A stretch of 64,000 bases of DNA from Bugula neritina (taxonomy: Eukaryota > Animalia > Bryozoa): positions 2,604,001 to 2,668,000 of the forward strand of contig OZ037765.1 in NCBI GenBank assembly GCA_964035545.1, given 5' to 3'. Below, piece by piece: positions 39,301 through 51,300 of this stretch. The position numbers and the translations under genes are program-made. The notes beneath the pieces were generated by a model. The model had not been told where the DNA came from and made no database searches. It saw only the letters and a list, made by a program, of their open reading frames with translations. Position 1 is the stretch's first letter. Every line of letters begins with the position of its first letter.

Positions 39301-42300
39301 TAAATGTAGGGATCTCTGTCCTTTGTGCAATGGGCACAATTTGTCTTGCATCTAAAACCGCTGTTCTCTGGCAGAAGACTTATTGGATGCTCATAATACT
39401 GCCACGTACGATTATAAAAATAAGTTCCCAAAACTTCATAATTCCAGTTAGTTGCTAATGCAAGTTGAAATGCCGGTTCATGGTTGTTGTTGACAATATC
39501 TCCATTGCTCTTGAATCTGGCTTCTACTGTTTGATTTGCTACTTTAGTTTTTATGTCCAAATGCTGAATTTGATCAAATATTTCTGAGTAAAACAAATCA
39601 GTATTACTCAAAATCTCACACGCTCCCGATACATTGCCACAATGCTTACTGTGCGTGTATTTAAAGGCTGCTAGGAAACTTACAACTGCTTCTATCATCT
39701 GCTGACCAAAGTCTGTTTCATTTTCAAAATCACAAGTGCCTGCTGGAGCACACTGCTTCTGAAAGTCAGCTATCATTTTATCAATACTTTGTAAACCACT
39801 TTGACTACCTTGGCGGCGGTGCCTAACATACTCCTTCAGCTGATGATTGGGTTTACTGTGTGGAACAATAGTCAGAAGAGTTGGTTTGTTTATTTTGTTG
39901 TTACGAGACAATCTAGACAATACTTCTGTTGAGCTACCAATTTCATCAGATACCAGAAACACCTTCTGGGCAGCAGCAAGCGTTAGGTCTTCCAAGTATG
40001 AGTCAAGGATTTCCAAGGCTACAATTCGAGTTGAGTCAAATCATTTTCACTCATTACAAAGTAAAAAGAAAAAATATTTTAGCTTTTAGCAAAATCAAAT
40101 TAAATTGAAAAATCATTGGTGGACACAGGCACACACCTCATGTGCACATGCTAATTTTAAAGACAAAAACTTGAATATGTCTCTATTAGAAACAGAATTA
40201 CATTGCACCATACAAACTTACCTCAAAACTTATGTGCACACAGCATCTTAACTAATCTAGTATGTAACTCAGTGTACTTTTATTCAATTACTTACAAAAT
40301 TAAATCAATAGTTTAAGCTTATATTAAGGCAACTTACCTGTATACTTTTGCCCAAAGTAAATAATGCCTTCTGCATTGTTGTAAGTAATTTCTCTGGCAA
40401 TACCCTGGTAGTAAGATTTCCTGTCCGGAGGGCTCACATCTACTTGAACTTTCCCCGAGAAGCAAATACCCTTGGACTCGCCGTATGCCTGTATAGCTGC
40501 AGCGCTACTCCTACCATACTCATTATCAGTAAACACCAGCAAAAAGTAGGACCAAGCCATGTCTATTGCTGCATCTACTATAGCCTAAAATAAAAATAAT
40601 AAAAATATCAAAATCAGTTGCGTTTGATAAATATAAACAGACAAACGCTTTTAAGCGAGTGCAAAAGTCACATAACTAAGTAAAAAAAAGTAACTGAGTA
40701 AAGATAGTAACAAAGCCAATAACTATTAGAAAAAGATCATCACTTAAAAACTCTCTACTGCATTATAAAGTACTTTATATAGTTCTCAAGAATATGGGTG
40801 TACCCAAAACCTACCCTGCATTGAAGATCATCTGTGGTGGAGGTACGAAAGAGAGTGTGATATCTACTCTTATCATTTAGCTCAGCAAGGGTTGCAGAAG
40901 GGGTTATCAGTGGCACCCTCGTATCGTTAAGAAACTGAGCTACATGCATTGCATTAGAACTTAGACTAGGTCCCAAGAACCCTGAAATATAAACTCGAGT
41001 GTGAGCAATATCTGTATAGCTTTAAAGAATTCTCTACATGGATAATGTATTACTATGAGGCTAACCTTGATATAAAGGATTAGAAAGTGGGTCTTCCTAA
41101 AAATAAATTCAATTTATAGTACAAAGATTTACTACGAGTAGTATAACAATCATATGTTAAAACCTAGTCTAAACTTGTGAGGAAATTGTATAATTCTCTT
41201 TCAAGATATAGAAATTTCATACACAGTGCCAAGGAAAAATAACTAATTGAAATAAAATGCTTCATTCAACAATAGATAATACAATAGAGTACGCATGATA
41301 TATTATAGGCCTACTAAAGTTGAATGATCAAGTAACAATTGCTGTTGCAACCAACAATGCACGTGAGCCAATCAGAAATGCTTTTTTACTACTTGTATGC
41401 TGTGATGTCTAAACCATAGTAGTACATTAGATTCTGTATAGTTTATGAAGATTTACAACAAACTAATTTAATTTCAATTTATTCTTACATAATACTTGCT
41501 GCTTTCAGCATAAATTTTAGTATTACACAAACTATGTTTAGAAACCTTTGAGTAAAATAGACTGCTATCCACAAAAGTTTACCGTTTTGCTATCTTTCAA
41601 ATCTACAAACCAAAGCTAATTGTACTTTCTATTTTCTCAAATTGATACTAGAAGAGACAATCCATATTACTAAAGCTGTTGATGGCTTTGTTCTATGGTC
41701 TATGCTTTAGAGTTTAGTATATATAAGTAAAAAATCAGCTGCCAACTTTAAGCTTTGCTGGATAATAATAATAATGTGGTATTTTATAGAGTTATCTTCT
41801 CAATACCCATTCTTATAATTATTCACATTAAATAGGGATTCTACGCCCCCTTAATTTTGGTTCACTTTTGCTTACTCATTGCAAATTGGTCTGAACTAAC
41901 TGACATTTCCGAATTTCGGCCGATTGTTCTAGACTCCCTTTGTTTGACCAGTATAAAAGAAGGCCCATTTTAAGCTTCCATTTAGTTGAAGATTGGAGCT
42001 CACACTGGAAGGAACTCTACTACATAATAAATCTCACCACACAAGACTCTCTTATCTCTTATCACTTGCAAGGAGTTATGTTCTCTGCCTGATTATATTC
42101 AATAACCCACAGGTTACTACAATAATTATTCATAGCACAGCCCTCAGTTATTCGCCTCTATTATCAGCAAATGAAATAAAAAACTGACATTTCACTTTTC
42201 AGCACACACAATACAATGCCACGCATGGTTGAAAGCATAAGCCATGCTTACGAAGACATCTATATTTGCTTTACTAATTCATGCAGTATTCTATTACGAA

Positions 42301-45300
42301 GCTACTGAAAATATTCAAGTTTGACTGTAATAGTTTTTTAATTACCAAGCAACAGAGAGTTTTCATTCTCAGGAGTGGATAAGCTATGAGGGGTAGATAA
42401 GCTGTCAGGGGTGGATAAGCTGTCAGGGGTGGATAAGCTGTCAGGGGTAGATAAGCTGTCAGAAGCGCTGCTCAAACAAATCTGCTTGTTTGTCCACAAG
42501 GAAATGGGAATATTCAGTGCTGACTGTCTCACTGCCAGAGTTTTGTTCTTGCATATGTTCTCTATCACCAGGTCTAAACATATATGTCACTGTGTAACAT
42601 AGATGTATATACTGTCACTGTGTAATATAGACATATATATGTCACTGTGTAATATAGACATATACTGTCCCTGTATAATATAAACATGTATACTGTCACT
42701 CTTTAATATAAACATATATACCAACACTGTGTAATATAGACATGTATACTGTCACTGTGTAATATAAACATATATACTGTCACTGTATAATATAGACATA
42801 TATACTGTCACTGTATAATATAGACATGTATACTGTCACTGTATAATATAAACATATAAACTGTATGCTAAATAATATAGAAATAAATGTATACTATCAC
42901 TATGTAACATATAAGACATATAAACTATCACTGCAGTGATATAGTGGCAGTTTATATGTCTATATTAGACACGTCTAATATAGACATATAAACTGCCACT
43001 ATATAATAAAGACATATATGCTATCATTGTATAATATAGACATATACTGAAAACTGTCACTGTATAATATAGATATATAACCAACACAGTTATAATAGGT
43101 TGTAATTTACAACAAATGTGTAATTTACAATAGAAAGGTAGGTGATAAACTATAGACAGTAGCAGCACTGCAAATTACTCTTAAATCTTGAAAAGAAGCA
43201 TCAGTAGGTGGAGGTAATCTTCAAAGGAAGCTGTACAAGGAAATTTATATTTCCAAAGATTACAGTAATGATTAATTGACAGAACTTATTCCTAGACATG
43301 CAAAGAACTAACATCTATGCTGATCAACGAAAGTAGGATAATAGTTAGCTTGTACTACAACAGGGAGACAGGTTTTGATGACTGAACTTTAAGTTTACAG
43401 TTATTGCCTGTTCTAAGAACCAGCTGCTGTAAACATAGTAAACAGTGATGCTTGTTAGAAAGAAAATAATGAAATTGTTAGAAAGATCAAAAATTTTTAT
43501 AAAATCATATTATCTAGAAATTATTGTAAAAAACTACAAAATAAAATATTAGGAAGTTGTCTTTGAATCATCGTATTATCTTAACATATGTAAGGCTATA
43601 GGATGTGTTACCATTGTACTGTAAAAGTATGGAAATTGCCTGGTAACAATAGTTTGCAGTAGCTGGTGAATTCCCTTAGCTTGCTCAAGGATCACAGATT
43701 ACCATTTTAATATTAAGCAAATGTAAGTCACACCCTTTGATATACAATGAAACAATTGGAATTGCTTAGGAAAGTTTACCTATCCCATATCTTTTACCAT
43801 TTGTCAACAAACAGTTTCTTTATTTAAATAAATATCATGTAATCCTAAGCTTGCTTTAATACTTCCTTGTTAAACATTGCAAGCGTTTTCAGTCAGAAAT
43901 GGAATACAATTTTGTAAAACACAATTTTCCAAATCAGCATCCTTGATATTCTCTATAAGTAAGGCAATATAACTGCCTTTATTTTTAAACTAATGATCCA
44001 TCGAAGGCAATACATAACCATTGAAGCAATAACTTGAAAGAATTCAAGACTATTACAATATTGCTATAATTACTAGTAGTTGCATTATGTTGTATATTAG
44101 GTACTTGAATAAAGCTACTTAATACAGATGTACACATGTTACAACCTTTCTTTTATTTGAAACCATTACCATCTGATCATTATTTTTATACTTATTTCAG
44201 TTATTAAATCGAAAGAGGTTCAGCTCATAATGAAATAGAAAGCTAGAATATTTTCAAAATATATTCAATGAGTGAAATAAAAATTTTTACTAGTGGGAGC
44301 TTCAATTGGAATATAATTTGCATATATTTGTGAATATTTGTCAACGAAATATTTACCAAATGTTGTATAATAACCTATTGTGAAGAAATCCCCTTCAAGA
44401 TGTATGCTAAAACACCGAGACTGTTCATATTAATAAGTAAAGTCAAAGTCTTCATAGTTTTTCTTCATAATATACAGCTGCCAGGAGTAAGAAGGTTATT
44501 TGATTTGGTTAGTAATCTCTAGAAAATGTTATTGATCATACTGCAATCATGTTATTCTACTTCTCAGTGCAAAGTTGCTGACTGCACTTTATTTTTTATC
44601 CAATTTTTTAATGCCTGAGAGATTATGACTCGTGTCTAGTTTTTCTCTAAAGAGTGAAGAGCAATCTTTTATATACAGTAGAAGCTGAAATCTCTCTAAG
44701 TTAAATATTTCTGTATACATGTAACAAAATATGTGAAAGAGTAGCAGTTTTAGAACCTAAAGTATTACACATAGGTAAGACAAAAAGAATTATGTAATTT
44801 CTTTGTTGTGCATAGACTGCTATCAGTTCTGTAAAGATATCTAGAAATGCCCACCCTGGTTGATGATAACAAAGGAAACTCTGTAGTCTATGATATATAG
44901 TCCTCACTGTTAACAGTTGGTAAGGCAGTTGTATATGGAATGGACTGTTATAATGAAAGAACTACATAATATTATGGTGTGCTATAAATGATACACATTT
45001 ATGCTAGGCTGTAGTTTATGTCAAGTTACAATCACTGCAGAAGATGATCCAATGACGTCTGCTACTGCAGAAGATGATCCAATGACGTTTGCTACTGCAG
45101 AAGATGATGCAATGACGTCTGTTACTGCAGAAGATGAGTTCTGATGAAGTGACGTCTGCTAATGTATCATGACTCACCGTAAGTGATGCCAGGCACTGCC
45201 AGCTCTGTCTGGTTACTATTGACTAAACTCAAGACATACTCTGCTGCCAGAGCTAGAGACAGCGCTGAGGGATTTACGTCAGCTGATGGTGCACAGGTTG

Positions 45301-46100
45301 CTGTTGGGTTTAACTCTAGTAAAGCTACTAAATGAACTCTATCAGTTTGAGAATCTGAAACAGGAAAAAAAGTAAATTATAGAAAATATGTCACGCCATT
45401 TATTGTGGCAGTAATCAGTTATTGGAAGCTTGTTAAACAGTCAAATTTTCTTATAACCACAAAATGCATACTTTTCTTTACACCAGCAAGAGTTCCACAT
45501 GGCTTGGAGCGGTGCCTGATTACGTAAAAGTGTAGACTAGACCAAAACTTCTATCTACTGAGCTATGCTCATCATTTCGATAACCCGATCTTTTAAAGAT
45601 GTAATCTTTTCAAAAAAGCACTTTTCACAAATGTATAAACGCTTTATCTACCAAACTATACTGGCTCTGGTTTAAATTTTTAAATCGCAAGAGATTGTTC
45701 ATGGCTGATGATGCCACATTAAAGTGGAGCATTAAACTATAGTTTTTAATAATTTTATATTTATAATATCTAAAATTAAACAATTACAGTTTTACTGAAG
45801 AGATAATTATATTTATCAATGTGAATGCATTTTGTCAATTAGTTACTGTTTATTTAAAAAAGCATAAAAATAGCTTAGATGTAAAATAATATTTTGTGTC
45901 ATTTCCTAGTAATAAGCATTCCTTATCAAAATGTGGTAAATAAACATCAATATCTGGTCAGATTAATATTACCAGTAGAATAGTAAAGACATAAATTACA
46001 AACCTTTACAGATCGCAGCTTCAGTGCCTTCAACAGTTGAGACTACGATGATTACTAGTATGTGGATACTAATAGAAAGAGTGTTACAAGTTTGCAGCAT
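36354..46100 (-). CDS. Class C GPCR-related single-pass receptor, paralog A (signal peptide, 2x Venus flytrap/ANF-receptor domain, 1 TM, short tail), about 1193 aa
   Basis: Seven in-frame exons: 46004-46100 (signal peptide; alternative in-frame ATG at 46118), 45178-45354, 42346-42573, 40815-40981, 40338-40584, 37571-40018, 36354-36571. mGluR-like motifs occur twice (GPSLSS..PLITPSAT..LFRT..D and GDTSSGVS..IPQISSQSTS..FLRNVPND; FWQQFFNC). One hydrophobic helix, WVLPIVIFMLTSLTVLLAVAIAY. Confidence 0.85.
42372..42461 (-). repeat. Coding 18-bp tandem repeat (about 5 units, SLSTPD) in exon 3 of receptor paralog A
   Basis: GGGGT(G/A)GATAAGCTGTCA repeated on the + strand, inside the 228-bp exon 42346-42573. 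Confidence 0.85.
42585..43080. repeat. Intronic minisatellite, ~28-30-bp unit (TATACTGTCACTGTATAATATAGACATA)
   Basis: Visible tandem array beginning about 10 nt from the exon-3 acceptor of paralog A; contains one inverted unit. Confidence 0.9.
45034..45160. repeat. 30-bp minisatellite (GATGATGCAATGACGTCTGCTACTGCAGAA), paralog A intron 2
   Basis: About 4 units next to the exon-2 donor; the same unit occurs at 54744-54890. Confidence 0.9.
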
Positions 46101-46794
46101 TTTCTCAGCTATTAGCATAGCTACCCAACTATGTTACTTACGTGTAACAAAGTGTCTATAAGCAGTGTGATCATCAAATGGTTAGCAATTCACAGAGGGA
46201 ATTATATGGCTCATGCATGATTGGTTAAATATAAATATAAACATACTTTACATATTTTTTCACTTCATACAAAGACAGGCCCCTAAAAAGCTTTACAGCA
46301 ACTTTGTGTCTCAAATTAAACTCTTTTTTTGTGAAAGCAACCCAGCTGCTTTAAAACTATTAATTTGTGAAAAATAGTAAATAGAAGAAATAAATTAAAT
46401 CATTTTGTTTATATCAAGATTTTAACTACCCAGGGATTTTGTGATGATAGGTTAATACAACCTAGACATAGCTTTAATAACAGCATCAAAGGATGGCATA
46501 TAATTGTTTGTAAAACCTCAAAGTTACCAGATGCCTTGTTGAAGTTCTCTTTATTGTAAACTTTCACTTAATTAAGTAAGTAATTTATGCTAAGTTTAAA
46601 TAGTATGGATTAGTGAAGTTCATAAGTTTAGACTGAGAGTTTAAAGCTATCAGCACCGATCTTGTGTCACCCCATTTCACCATCCTGTAAAATCATGCCT
46701 CTAGCTCCTAATTAATACTAAATATTGATGCTTGTGCTTCTTTTTAATTAATTCTGTTCGCTTGCCTAATGCAACAATCTTTGCATAATACTGT

Positions 46795-46880
46795 TATAAA
46801 ACTTTTGCCCCCCACTTGAATCCGAACTCAAGACCTCAGGCTTGCAAGCAGGCGTGCTAACAATTACACCACAGGGACCT
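46795..46880 (-). mobile_element. tRNA-derived SINE-like repeat, same family
   Basis: Reverse complement reads GTGGTGTAATTGTTAGCACGCCTGCTTGCAAGCCTGAGGTCTTGAGTTCGGATTC...GGGCAAAAGTTTT. Confidence 0.7.
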
Positions 46881-48359
46881 CTGGCTAACCTTAATCAAGA
46901 AGTTGAGATCATAAGACGTTGAGTAAGTGGCTGTTCAAGTCAGATATAAAAACTTATTAATTATTATTTATTATAGCAGATTAAAAGTCGAACAATTAAT
47001 TTTAGTAAAATGTCTAAATGCTAATTTGTGGAGTATAAAAGTTAAAGCAAGTATACTGCATATAAAACAGTACACACCAAAGGTAACAATGTTACTTATT
47101 GTATCTAAATGTGCTGTGTTCATCATGGAATCCTGATTGATGTTAGTATTCACTTGTCAATACAGAATTTATGCTGCATGGCAAAAGATGGTGCAAGTGT
47201 TGAAATAAGCAGAAGAGTGAAAGTTATTAGACCGTAAAAAACAAGTGCTAATATGTATCTAACGCCTACCTTTGTAATGAATCAACTTTTCTACCCTGAG
47301 GTAATATTTTAACAAGGAAATAAACTTTAGATGCAATTAAACATTAAATGAAAGCACAATAAATCTTAAAGGAGATCATTGCATCACATCAGGCAAACTT
47401 TTAAAACTTATTTTGCTAAATCCAAGGCTTTAATGAGAAACTTAAAACAAGAAATACTTTTATACATTGTATTTTAATATATCACATTTGCACCTTGTTT
47501 GGTATAAGTACATTTTTTAGTTTTAGCTAAACAATACGTTTAAAGCTAATTCCTTACTAAACAGAATTATTGCAACCTAAATTTACCAGTAAAGTGAAAA
47601 AGGACATGTAAAGCCAATTTCCAATTGAAAATTCTATATTATTGGCATTTTGTAAACCTTTTTTCATGAGTTGAATGTGTGGATGCATGGAAAAAGTTGA
47701 AAACTTTTGGCTAAGATGAAGAATGTGACAAAAAGTTATGTTTTAGTCTACACTTCAAACCAAATGCAAAGAACATTTAATAAACTTAGACTGTTGAGAT
47801 TTTTCAATTATTGCACTTGAGTGTAATTTAGTTTTATATTAAGCCTTTTCAAGGATTAAATTGCCTAAAACATAATATTATAATGAGAAATTTGATAGCT
47901 AAAAATTAGAATTTGTTTTTAAATGTGTTATGCTTATTTTACATGTACTTCTAGGTATTCAAAAATTTTTAAAGTTTTAATAATTTTTTATTATTTTAGA
48001 ACCAAATACCATCAAAAATTAAATTGAAAGAAACTAGCCTAAATTAAATTAGAGTAAATGACACTAGTAATTGAAATAATATACCCTAACATAGTTGAAT
48101 TTTTTTTTAAATCATTTGAAGCATTGTAGTGTAAAAAAAAATACCGAGATTTTACATGCGTGAAGAAGCTGCTACAAAATATTTTATATTCATAAAAAAT
48201 ACTATTACATTAAAATCTGATTGAAGCTTTGTAAATCACCATCTTTAGGTATGTAGATGATTTGTACACATAATTATTTTTAAAACAAGAAAAAACTCAA
48301 ACCAAAAAAACTTGCAAAAACTGTAACTGCTATTACTACTCCTAATCTATTGTCTGTAG

Positions 48360-51300
48360 CTACATCCCTTTGTCCCAGATTTTACTCTCAGACTCTTCCG
48401 TTAATGGAAGCGGTTTGCTTACTGCTGAAATGTTTTCACCACATGGTCTAGAGATATTTAGACTCAGACTATTCTCATCAAAACTCTGCTGCCTTTCGGG
48501 CTCTTCTGGCAGCAAATTAGCATTATTCCCGGCAGAACTCTGCTGCCTTTCGGGCTTTTCTGGCGCCGGGCTTGTCATGCTCGTTTCCTCTATCATCACT
48601 GAATCAAAAATTCCATCAATAATATCTGGTTGGTTTGCAGCATTTGAACATATGTGCTGAGCTGAGTTAGATTGAAGCATGTTTCCTAAAAGGAAGAAAA
48701 TTCAACATCATGATGATAAAAAATCGCACAGTTTTATGAAATAGTAGTGTACCTGTTGTAATAATACATTGCAAAATAATGATATTTATTTTATGTTGCC
48801 TAATTTACAGCAGCTAGATTTAGTATAGTGTTAAACTAATCTGATGAAATCAACTTTTTAAATATTTAGTCAAAAATAAAAGTATATTCTTTTAAACTAA
48901 TTGATTCATGAATCATTAAGCAAAAATTTTGCACATTTAAATGGCGCTTGCATTGTTAAACTAGATTTACCTTTGTGAGAACTAGTCTTCTCGCCCTTAT
49001 TCTTGAGATGAAATGCTTTGTACATAATAACTCCTGCTAATACTAACAAAACAATGACGAGCAAAAAGCAAAATATGAGAAGCTTTGGTATAGCAGCGTC
49101 TCCATTATTTCTCTGATTGCTTTGCAAAGAATTTTCTTTCAAATCTCTACAAACTGCTAAAGAGCAGTCACTGGGAGAACAGAAAGACCGCTGTAAGGCG
49201 CCATTTTTGTAATACGACGGAGATACTAGAGATTTCAAGACTCCATCGGACACCTGGTAAACTTGACGGTAAGTTACTGTTGGCGTTTCACCAGATTGTA
49301 CAAGGTTATACAACTCGTAATTTATCTGCCCTTCTCCTGAAGGAAGAAATGGCGAGTACAATTTGGCATGACTGCCTGCCTTTACTGGGACTTTTGTTTC
49401 TTTCAAAAGGCGAACGAATGTTGCTTTACCTTCATCTGTAGTAAAAAGTTTAGCACAGTCTGTCATATTCGAACAGAACTGTTCTCCGTATTTTGCCTCA
49501 CGAATAGCATATGCAGTGGAAAGTCCAGCTGTCATAATATGTTTTGCTTTCCCACCTTCAAGCTCATTACCATCAAAAACCTCTGTCAGTGAGTTGTATG
49601 GTGGAATACACGGCTCACTGCTAGGATAATTTTTCTCAATTCTACAATTGAATGTCTTTTGCCAGAAGTTAATAAAGTAGGGATCTTTTCTACGAGTGTC
49701 TGGTGACTGTCTTTCTATAAACTTTCTGAACTGATTTATGTTACTACTGTCTGTCCAATTATAAACATTCTGAGCTAACGATATGGAGATGGTGCCTTGA
49801 AACAAATTACTTGTGCGTTTGATTATTTCCTTGTTGTTACTCCACGTATCACTAGCAATAAAAATGTTCCCTCGAATGCCCCAACTTGTATCAATTGTTT
49901 GGATAGATTCTAAAATGGAATATAGCTTGGATTGTTCTGCAAATAATATCAGTGGCCTGGGGAGTGCGTTATCTGCCCCTTTTGACTTTAACTTAAAAGC
50001 TAATCTCTTAGCAAAATCTTCATAAGCAATCTCTATTTTATGCGAAAAATCTATACAAATTCCTTGTTCAGCAGCGTATAGCTCTATTCCTTCGGCGCCT
50101 GTTTTACCATAGGCGGTGTCTGTATAAATAAGGCCAATTGAAGTCCAGTTACTCTTAACAGCTAACTCTATCATAAACTTTGCTTGAGCACTATCCTCTG
50201 GCACAGTTCTTAGAAATGAAGGGTTACGGTCTTTGTCAGTTAGAAGCGTGCTTGTACTCCCATATGATATCTGCTGTATTCCAAACGGAGCTAAAAATGA
50301 TTGAATGATCATTGAGATGTCACTAGACGTGTCTCCAATGAATACAACAATATGGTCAGGTGGGTAGACATGTTTAGTACCGTCACTTTCCAACAAATGT
50401 ATTTGGTTATCAGCTTGGAAAATACTACTCATTGTACTCAAGGTTAGCAGTTTAGCATAGCATGTGTCTAAATAGAGAGTGCTAAAATCTATGCCAGTAA
50501 TAGCTCTCATTTTTTCAACTGCATAGTAAAATGCTTGCATCCGAATGAAGAATGTTGAATCGATGTCGTCACGACATTTTGCAGAGTCATTTGTGCTTCC
50601 ATGAAGCGGTCCGGATCCAGCGATAATAAAGGTTGATGAATGTTTGATAAAAACATAAGGAGACCGCTTCACAATATGCTGACTTGGATATTGAACGCAC
50701 CGCGAGTTAATGTTTGGTAAAATGTTTTGAGAAGTCATGTTCCAGGATCGAGAATGCTCATTATCTTCGTAGGTGCCAATATGATGGTCTACATTTAAAT
50801 CATACAGTTCATATAAAGGTGAAGACACATATTCAAACTCATCGCCGGTCATTTGAAACCGCTTGAAGGAATCCTGATTATTGGTTGTAAATATTTTAGA
50901 GCTGTTGCGGATACTGTTGTGTAAGCGTGAGTAGAACAGTGCGTAGTTGCAGAGCAAGGAACACCCGGTGTCATTGCGTTGTGCTACTTCCTTAAAATTT
51001 GTGAGCAGCTCTACTACAGTTTGCATCACGTTAGTCGATTCTGCGTTGTTCCATAAACTTTCTTCCCCTTCTTGACAATACCTTTTGAATCTGTTCATCA
51101 TATTGTTGACAAACACTAAACCACTCTTTCTACCAGAGTACCGATCAGTCACATGCTTTACAAAACTTTGAGAAATTGGTGCTGTTGGAGTCAACACAGC
51201 AAGTATGTGGAGTTTAGACAACGCTTTTGGATATCTCGTCTTTCTGTCTTCGTTTATTGTCAATTTCTCAGAAGTCAAAAACAGTTTTGAAACAAATGCT

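Noticed and set aside
37407-40016. 869-aa and 816-aa (48906-51356) ORFs as stand-alone intronless genes
   Set aside because: Each is the large sixth exon of a spliced gene; the ORF ends run past GT donors at 37570 and 48970
43560-44000. Possible degenerate transposon coding remnant in a paralog A intron
   Set aside because: Multiple stops and no recognisable motif or terminal repeats
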